Shown here: in pieces, positions 58,442 to 64,000 of the stretch
How positions within the stretch are numbered: the stretch's first letter is position 1
Layout: every line of letters begins with the position of its first letter
NCBI GenBank assembly: GCA_030038355.1
Contig: JASHPB010000044.1
Coordinates: forward strand, 66-64,065
DNA length: 64,000 nt
Source: Candidatus Binataceae bacterium
GTDB taxonomy: Bacteria > Desulfobacterota > Binatia > Binatales > Binataceae
Direction: 5' to 3'
Made by a program: the position numbers and the translations under genes
The notes under the pieces: model-generated
Told to the model about the DNA's origin: nothing
What the model saw: the letters and a program-made list of their open reading frames with translations, nothing else
Database searches by the model: none

Positions 58442-59211
58442 CCACGGCGCTTATCACCGGCGCCTCCAGCGGCCTCGGCGAGGAATTCGCATACCAGCTC
58501 GCGCGCGAGCGCTACGACCTGGCGCTCGTCGCACGCCGCAGGGATCGGCTCGAGCAGGTCGCTACCAAAGCACGCCAGCTCGGCGCGGCCAACGTCTCGA
58601 TTTTCGCGAGCGATCTGTCCGCTCGCGGCGCCGCCGCTGCGCTGCATTCCGAGGTGACAAAGGCCGGCCTTGAAATCGGCTACCTCGTAAACAACGCCGG
58701 ATTCGGCACGCGCGGCGCATTCGCCGAGTTGCCGATCGACCGCGAGCTCGAGGAGATCAACCTGAACGTCAGCGCACTCGTCACGCTGACGAGGCTCTTC
58801 GTGCCCGCGATGGTCGCGCGGAAAAGCGGCACGATTATCAACGTCGCATCGACCGCCGCGTTCCAGGCCGTGCCCTGGATGGCGACCTACGCCGCCACCA
58901 AGGCCTTCGTATTGAGCTTCTCCGAAGCGCTCGCGCGCGAGTTGAAGGACACGGGAGTGACTGTGCTCGCGCTTTGTCCGGGACCTACGCGCACCGAATT
59001 CCAGTCGGTCGCCGATACCGACAGCGCCAGCATGCCGAATTTCGCTTATATGGACGCGGCGACCGTCGTCGCCCAGGGCATCGAATCCGCGCGCCGCAAG
59101 AAGGCAGTCCGGATCAATGGCATCGCAAATTATCTGATGGCGCAATCGACGCGCCTTGCGCCGCGCGCTCTCGCCGCAATGATCGCGGGCGCAATGTTTC
59201 GCAAAGAGTGA
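58438..59211 (+). CDS. SDR-family oxidoreductase
   Basis: ITGASSGLG Rossmann motif and YAATKAF catalytic Y-x3-K. Overlaps the UXS stop (GTGA). Confidence 0.8.
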   Translation: MTTALITGASSGLGEEFAYQLARERYDLALVARRRDRLEQVATKARQLGAANVSIFASDLSARGAAAALHSEVTKAGLEIGYLVNNAGFGTRGAFAELPIDRELEEINLNVSALVTLTRLFVPAMVARKSGTIINVASTAAFQAVPWMATYAATKAFVLSFSEALARELKDTGVTVLALCPGPTRTEFQSVADTDSASMPNFAYMDAATVVAQGIESARRKKAVRINGIANYLMAQSTRLAPRALAAMIAGAMFRKE

Positions 59212-59299
59212 CGCGCCGGCGTCACGCTTGATACCGCATCGCATCCGCGCGACAATAGCGGCATTCAGTCCTGTCAGGCATCACGCGTCCTTTTCGGTC

Positions 59300-59629
59300 A
59301 TGTGTAAGCTTGCTTCAACAGTGGCAGCTGTCACGCTTATCGCCGGCGCCTCGATACTCACGGGATGCGCTATCAAGCCGCCTCCGCTGCCTCCAGAGCC
59401 TCCGCCCGCAATCGTGCCGCAAGCCACGCTCATTGGACCGGAGGAACAGTCCAAACCTGACGAATGGAATCTATTCCCTGATCCCACCACCGGCGAAGTC
59501 GGCGTTTATCACGAGGGCAACTACGTCGGCTCTGTAACCGGCAACGAGCCCGAATCAGAAGACCCGCCGCTGCCGCATCCGACTCAAGCCGACAAGAACC
59601 GGGAACAAAACCAGAACGCTACTCCTTGA
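59300..59629 (+). CDS. Small hypothetical lipoprotein, Pro-rich
   Basis: Lipobox ILTGC|A followed by PPPLPPEPPPA. The start is at the internal MCKLAS of the listed ORF. Confidence 0.45.
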   Translation: MCKLASTVAAVTLIAGASILTGCAIKPPPLPPEPPPAIVPQATLIGPEEQSKPDEWNLFPDPTTGEVGVYHEGNYVGSVTGNEPESEDPPLPHPTQADKNREQNQNATP

Positions 59630-60761
59630 GGAGGTTGCGCGCGATCACGACGCGCTGAATCTGCGACGTGCCTTCGTATATCTGCAGCAGCTTGGCGTCG
59701 CGCATCAGTTTCTCTACTGGATACTCCTTCATATAGCCGTAGCCGCCAAAGATCTGCACCGCGTCAGTCGTGATTTTCATGCAAGCGTCTGCGCTGAACG
59801 CCTTCGCGTAGCTCGACACCACGTTCGGGCTCTCGCCGTGATCGACGAGCCAGGCCGCCTTATAGGTAAGCAAGCGCATCGCTTCGATCTCGATCGCCAT
59901 GTCCGCCATCATGAACTGAATCGCCTGGAAGCTCGCGATCGGCTGTCCGAATGCGCTCCGCTGTTTCGAGTACTTGAGGCATTCATCGAGCGCGCGTTGC
60001 CCGACGCCGATTGCGATCGCGCCGATTTCGGGGCGGCTCTTGTCGAACGTTCCCATCGCATACTTGAAGCCTTCGCCCTCGCGCCCGACCGTCGCGCTCG
60101 CCGCAATCCGCGCGTCCTCGTAGAAAATCTCCGCCGTGTCGGCAGCGCGCTGACCGAGCTTGCCGTGCATCCTGCGCCGCGTTACGCCGGGAGTATCGGA
60201 CGGAAACACGAAACAGCTGATGCCCTTGTGCTTGAGGCGTTTGTCCGAGGTCGCGAAGCTCACGATCCAGTCGGCGACCGATCCGTTCGAGATGAAGTGC
60301 TTGGTGCCGTTGAGGACAAACTCGTCGCCCTCGCGCCGATACGTCGTAGTCATCGATGCAACGTCGGAACCCGCACCCGGCTCGGTGATCGCGAAGGCGC
60401 AGAAGCTGAGTTGCTTGGTGAGCGCGCCGAGATAGCGCCGCTTCTGTTCATCGCTCGCCGCGATCAGGAGCGGCAAGGTCGCGAGATCGTTGGCCGCGAT
60501 AGAATTCGTGATTCCCGCGCAGCCATAGTTCAGCTCCTCAGCCACCAGGCACGTCGTCAGGATATCGAGACCCGGGCCGCCGAGCTCGGTCGGCACGCCG
60601 AAGTTGATAAGCCCCGCGTCGAACGCCTTCTGCGCGACGTCGCGCGGAAAAATCTCCTGCTCGTCGTACTCGCGGGCGCGCGGGATAATTTCCTGCTCCG
60701 CAAACTTGTGCGCGAGCGCTTTCAGCTCGCGCTGCTCGTCGGTGATTTTAAAGCCCAGCAT
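59619..60761 (-). CDS. Acyl-CoA dehydrogenase
   Basis: 380 aa. Conserved ACAD regions (FAITEPGAGSD, the C-terminal YEGTSQIQRVVIAR, catalytic Glu context). Confidence 0.85.
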   Translation of the reverse strand: MLGFKITDEQRELKALAHKFAEQEIIPRAREYDEQEIFPRDVAQKAFDAGLINFGVPTELGGPGLDILTTCLVAEELNYGCAGITNSIAANDLATLPLLIAASDEQKRRYLGALTKQLSFCAFAITEPGAGSDVASMTTTYRREGDEFVLNGTKHFISNGSVADWIVSFATSDKRLKHKGISCFVFPSDTPGVTRRRMHGKLGQRAADTAEIFYEDARIAASATVGREGEGFKYAMGTFDKSRPEIGAIAIGVGQRALDECLKYSKQRSAFGQPIASFQAIQFMMADMAIEIEAMRLLTYKAAWLVDHGESPNVVSSYAKAFSADACMKITTDAVQIFGGYGYMKEYPVEKLMRDAKLLQIYEGTSQIQRVVIARNLLKE

Positions 60762-60912
60762 AGTTCATTTCTCCCACGCGCCCTCGCTCGGAATACATTG
60801 GCGAACGACTGATGATGGTTAACCGACGTCGCTCCGCGAGAAAAGAGCCTCGGCGTGACGTTCGGCCCCGCTGCGACGTTGTACGAGGATGGAGGCGCAG
60901 AATATGCCACCA

Positions 60913-61329
60913 ATGGCGCGGCGAATGACGGTCCGTCCTCAGTTACTGATCGCGGTCCGCAATGTGAGGGCGAGCAGCAATTGGTATCAGCACTTGCTGG
61001 GACTCGAGGCGCTTCCCGAACATCGTCATCGCGACTTCTACGATCGTTTGCTCTGCAACGGCGAGTTGATCCTGCAGCTTCATGCCTGGGATGAGGAAAA
61101 TCATCCAAACCTCGTCAACGCCGACGCATCGCCGCATGGACATGGCGTCGTGCTTTGGTTTGAACTGGATGAGTTCGACGCGGCCGTCGAGCGCGCGCGG
61201 CAATTGCGCGCCGAGGTCGTGCTCGAGCCGCACATCAATCCAGCGCCGAATCACTGGGAAATGTGGCTCCGTGACGCGGACGGGTACGTGGTCGTGATTG
61301 CCAGTCCGGACGGAACCGCAAAATCGTAG
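60913..61329 (+). CDS. VOC-family protein
   Basis: A glyoxalase-like fold pattern (LLIAVRNVRASSNWYQHLLG ... WEMWLRDADGYVVVI). The start among three nearby ATGs is uncertain. Confidence 0.55.
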   Translation: MARRMTVRPQLLIAVRNVRASSNWYQHLLGLEALPEHRHRDFYDRLLCNGELILQLHAWDEENHPNLVNADASPHGHGVVLWFELDEFDAAVERARQLRAEVVLEPHINPAPNHWEMWLRDADGYVVVIASPDGTAKS

Positions 61330-61447
61330 CTTATCCGTCGCCTTGAAAATCCGCACCGCTGTCGATATGAGGAGTCATTCGAGCCACTTCACCGCGTGCG
61401 GCACGTCCGCCGCAACGCGGCAATCTCAGAGGTTCAAGGAGTCAATC

Positions 61448-61747
61448 ATGCCAGTCGTCGTAATCGCGAAAATCAAGGCCAAGGCCGGCAGTGAGGCGCA
61501 GGTCGAAGCCGCCTTCAAAGACATGATCAAGCAGGTGCGTGCCAACGAACCCGGCACGCTCGCTTACGTGCTGCACAAGTCAGTGCAGGATCCAACGACC
61601 TTCGTGTTCTTTGAGCAGTACCAGGACCAGGCGTCGTTCGATGCGCATGGTAAGACCCCGCACATGCGCGAGATGGGCGGCAAGATAGGGGCGCATCTGG
61701 ATGGGCGCCCGGAAATTTTCGTCCTGCAGGAAGTCGATCGTAAGTAA
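61448..61747 (+). CDS. Antibiotic-biosynthesis-monooxygenase (ABM) domain protein
   Basis: 99 aa. MPVVVIAKIKAKAGSEAQVEAAFKDMIKQVRANEPGTLAYVLH is a typical ABM ferredoxin-like fold. Confidence 0.65.
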   Translation: MPVVVIAKIKAKAGSEAQVEAAFKDMIKQVRANEPGTLAYVLHKSVQDPTTFVFFEQYQDQASFDAHGKTPHMREMGGKIGAHLDGRPEIFVLQEVDRK

Positions 61748-61858
61748 TTTGATCCGCGCGCGGCGCGGGAGTCCTGCTCCGCGCCGCGCTTTTCATTCTC
61801 CGCCCATATCGCCCACGTGGCGCGCGCGATATAACTGTTCCCATCGAGGAAGATTCCT

Positions 61859-63124
61859 GTGTCGTCCGCGCTCGCAATCCTCGGCGGCAAGCCGCTTCGC
61901 AATCGGCCCTTCCCCCGCTGGCCCGTTTTCGACGAGTGCGAGCGCCTGCAAGTGCTCGATGTGCTCGAGTCCGCCAACTGGGGCGGCTTCCCTTCGCCCA
62001 ACCGCAAGGCTCGTGAACTTGCCGAAACGTTCGCCGCCTACCAGGGCGCCCGCTTCGCGATTCCGACTACATCCGGCACGACGGCTCTGGAAGCGGCGCT
62101 GAAGTCGCTCGGCATCGGACCCGGTGACGAGGTGATCGTGCCCGCGATCACGTTTGCCGCGACAGCCTACGCCCCTGTCGCTTGTCTCGCTCGTCCGCTG
62201 TTCGCCAACGTCCTCGCCGACAACGCCTGTATCGATCCTGCTTCGGTGCGGAAGCTGATCACGCGCCGCACCAAAGCGATCATCCCCGTTCACTACGGCG
62301 CCACGCTCGCCGATCTCGACGCGCTCAGCGAAATCTCGCGCGCGCATTCGATTCCGATCGTCGAAGACTGCGCGCACGTCCCGGGCGCTGCATGGCGCGA
62401 GCGCGGCGCGGGCGCGTGGGGCGCGCTCGGATGCTTCAGCTTTCAAACCACCAAGCCGATGACCGCCGGTGAAGGCGGCATGATCACGACCGACGAGCCG
62501 GAGCTCGAACAGCGCTGCCAATCGCTCATCAACTGCGGGCGACGGCAGCCCGGCGATGACTTCGAGGGTCCCGTGCTGGGCGCCAACTATCGGATGACGG
62601 AATGGCAGTGCGCCGTGCTGCTCGCGCAGCTCGATCGTCTACCGCAGCAGATCGAAAGGAAGAGCAGGCATGCGGCGCGCCTCCGCGCGGGCCTCGATTC
62701 GATTCCCGGGCTTCGCGCAGTCGCGCGCGATCCGCGCGTCACGCGCGAAGTAATTTACGCGTTCATCTTCATGGTCGATGAAGCGGCGCTCGGCGTATCG
62801 CGCAACCGCTTCGTGCGTGCGCTCCGCGCCGAAGGAATCCCGGCGGGAGTCGGCAACGAACCGGTGTATCGCTCGGCGCTCTTCCCGCGCGCATCCGCAG
62901 CGTATCGCATCGCCTGCGAGATGGCCGGAGCAAGACCCGACGAGCCGATCGATTGTCCCGTCGCCGAGCACCTATTCGAACATGCGATGGTCGCGATACC
63001 GCACGAGTGCCTGCTCGGCGACGAGCGCGACGTTGACGATATCGTCGCGGCGGCGGAGAAAGTCGCGCTCGGCGCGGCCATGTTGAAGAGCGCGGATCTC
63101 AAGCGCCAGGAGCCATCCTCCTGA
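61859..63124 (+). CDS. DegT/DnrJ/EryC1/StrS-family PLP aminotransferase (second copy, divergent from 56289-57470)
   Basis: GTG start. LAILGGKP..., the conserved FSFQTTKPMTAGEGG lysine region, and 421 aa. Confidence 0.75.
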   Translation: MSSALAILGGKPLRNRPFPRWPVFDECERLQVLDVLESANWGGFPSPNRKARELAETFAAYQGARFAIPTTSGTTALEAALKSLGIGPGDEVIVPAITFAATAYAPVACLARPLFANVLADNACIDPASVRKLITRRTKAIIPVHYGATLADLDALSEISRAHSIPIVEDCAHVPGAAWRERGAGAWGALGCFSFQTTKPMTAGEGGMITTDEPELEQRCQSLINCGRRQPGDDFEGPVLGANYRMTEWQCAVLLAQLDRLPQQIERKSRHAARLRAGLDSIPGLRAVARDPRVTREVIYAFIFMVDEAALGVSRNRFVRALRAEGIPAGVGNEPVYRSALFPRASAAYRIACEMAGARPDEPIDCPVAEHLFEHAMVAIPHECLLGDERDVDDIVAAAEKVALGAAMLKSADLKRQEPSS

Positions 63125-64000
63125 TGTCTCATCTTCAGGCAGGCGCCGCACGCGTGAAACTCGAGCCGCCGCTCGGCATCGCGATGATCGGCTATGGACG
63201 CCGGGCCGGACGCGCGTCGGGCGTGCACGACGATCTCGCCGCGCAGGCAATCGTAATCTCGGATGGAACGACGCGCGCCGCCATAGTCAGCGTCGACCTA
63301 CTCGCGATCGGCGCGCGGGTCGCCGATCAAATCCGCGACGCGATCGCCACGGCGACGGGAATTCCTGCTGCTGCCATGATGGTCTGTGCGACGCACACGC
63401 ATTCGGGCCCGATCTTCAATATCTTCGCGACGCCGAAGCGAGACGCCAAAGCAGGCGACGATCGCGACTTGAATTGGGAGCGCGCGCTGCCGGAAAACAT
63501 CGCGCGCGCTGCCATCGAAGCGAACAATCGGCTCGAGCCCATCACGATGCGGGTCGGACGCGGCCATTTCACGCTCGGCACGAATCGCAGGCTCCGCCGC
63601 GCCGACGGCTCGATTCAGCTCGCCGCCAACTATGCGGGAGTGGCGGAGTCCGAGCTGCTCGCACTTGGTTTTTACTCCGCGAGTGGACGCGCGCTCGCGT
63701 TCGTCTTCAGCTATCCCTGTCACGGCGTGGTGCTGTGCGAGGACAACTTGCTCTATTCGCGTGACTGGCCGGGATTCGCGCTCGACGAGATCGAATCGAG
63801 CGCCGCGGGCGACGGCGCGATCGCAATTTTTCTCCAGGGCGCGACCGGCAATATCGATCCGCGAAGCCGCGGCAGCTTCGAAGTGGCGAGCGAGCACGGC
63901 CGGGCCGCGGGCCGCGCCGTGCTGGAAGGACTTCGCGGGCAACCGGCCCTCGAGGACGAACCGCTAGCGGTGAGAAGGATTCCGCTCGCGCTCAAGCTGC
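63124..64000 (+). CDS. Neutral/alkaline ceramidase-like hydrolase, N-terminal part; the gene runs off the window
   Basis: MIGYGRRAGRASGVHDDLAAQAIVISDG and CATHTHSGP match the conserved ceramidase N-terminal domain motifs. There is no stop codon before position 64000. Confidence 0.55.
   Translation, partial: MSHLQAGAARVKLEPPLGIAMIGYGRRAGRASGVHDDLAAQAIVISDGTTRAAIVSVDLLAIGARVADQIRDAIATATGIPAAAMMVCATHTHSGPIFNIFATPKRDAKAGDDRDLNWERALPENIARAAIEANNRLEPITMRVGRGHFTLGTNRRLRRADGSIQLAANYAGVAESELLALGFYSASGRALAFVFSYPCHGVVLCEDNLLYSRDWPGFALDEIESSAAGDGAIAIFLQGATGNIDPRSRGSFEVASEHGRAAGRAVLEGLRGQPALEDEPLAVRRIPLALKL

Overview
High-GC (roughly 65-68%) bacterial chromosomal segment, densely coding, with no transposase or integrase, no CRISPR array and no rRNA. 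From the left: a tRNA-Arg(ACG) gene; a complete phosphate-signalling operon pstC-pstA-pstB-phoU-phoB-phoR on the minus strand, lacking pstS; serS with a probably frameshifted yraN; the gatC-gatA-gatB amidotransferase operon; an unusual Thr/Ser/Tyr-rich lipoprotein in a low-GC pocket. Then a ~13.5 kb minus-strand accessory cluster, read from 25770 down to 12292: D-aminoacylase-family amidohydrolase, NAD-dependent epimerase/dehydratase, SDR, GPH/MelB-type symporter, Tat-secreted FAD-linked oxidase, three-gene ABC-2 exporter, a second paralogous Tat-secreted FAD-linked oxidase, beta-lactamase-family serine hydrolase. A TetR regulator is transcribed divergently from this cluster. Further right: MFS transporters; a family III CoA-transferase next to a cobalamin-binding radical SAM enzyme; an aldo/keto reductase; VOC, PNPOx-like and ABM small enzymes; a second large radical SAM protein. 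Then fdhD, divergent from a selenocysteine-containing formate dehydrogenase operon (alpha subunit with in-frame UGA plus a SECIS-like hairpin, FeS beta subunit, NrfD-like membrane anchor). Then thiD, a 570-aa uncharacterised protein, a BFN-nuclease/PDZ lipoprotein, rlmE, uvrD/pcrA, and a LysM L,D-transpeptidase. The right end carries a cell-envelope glycan-modification-like cluster (ArnT/PMT-like membrane glycosyltransferase, two DegT-family aminotransferases, UDP-glucuronate decarboxylase, SDR, acyl-CoA dehydrogenase) ending in a partial neutral-ceramidase-like gene. All functional calls are from reading the translated ORFs against remembered family motifs; no database search was possible.
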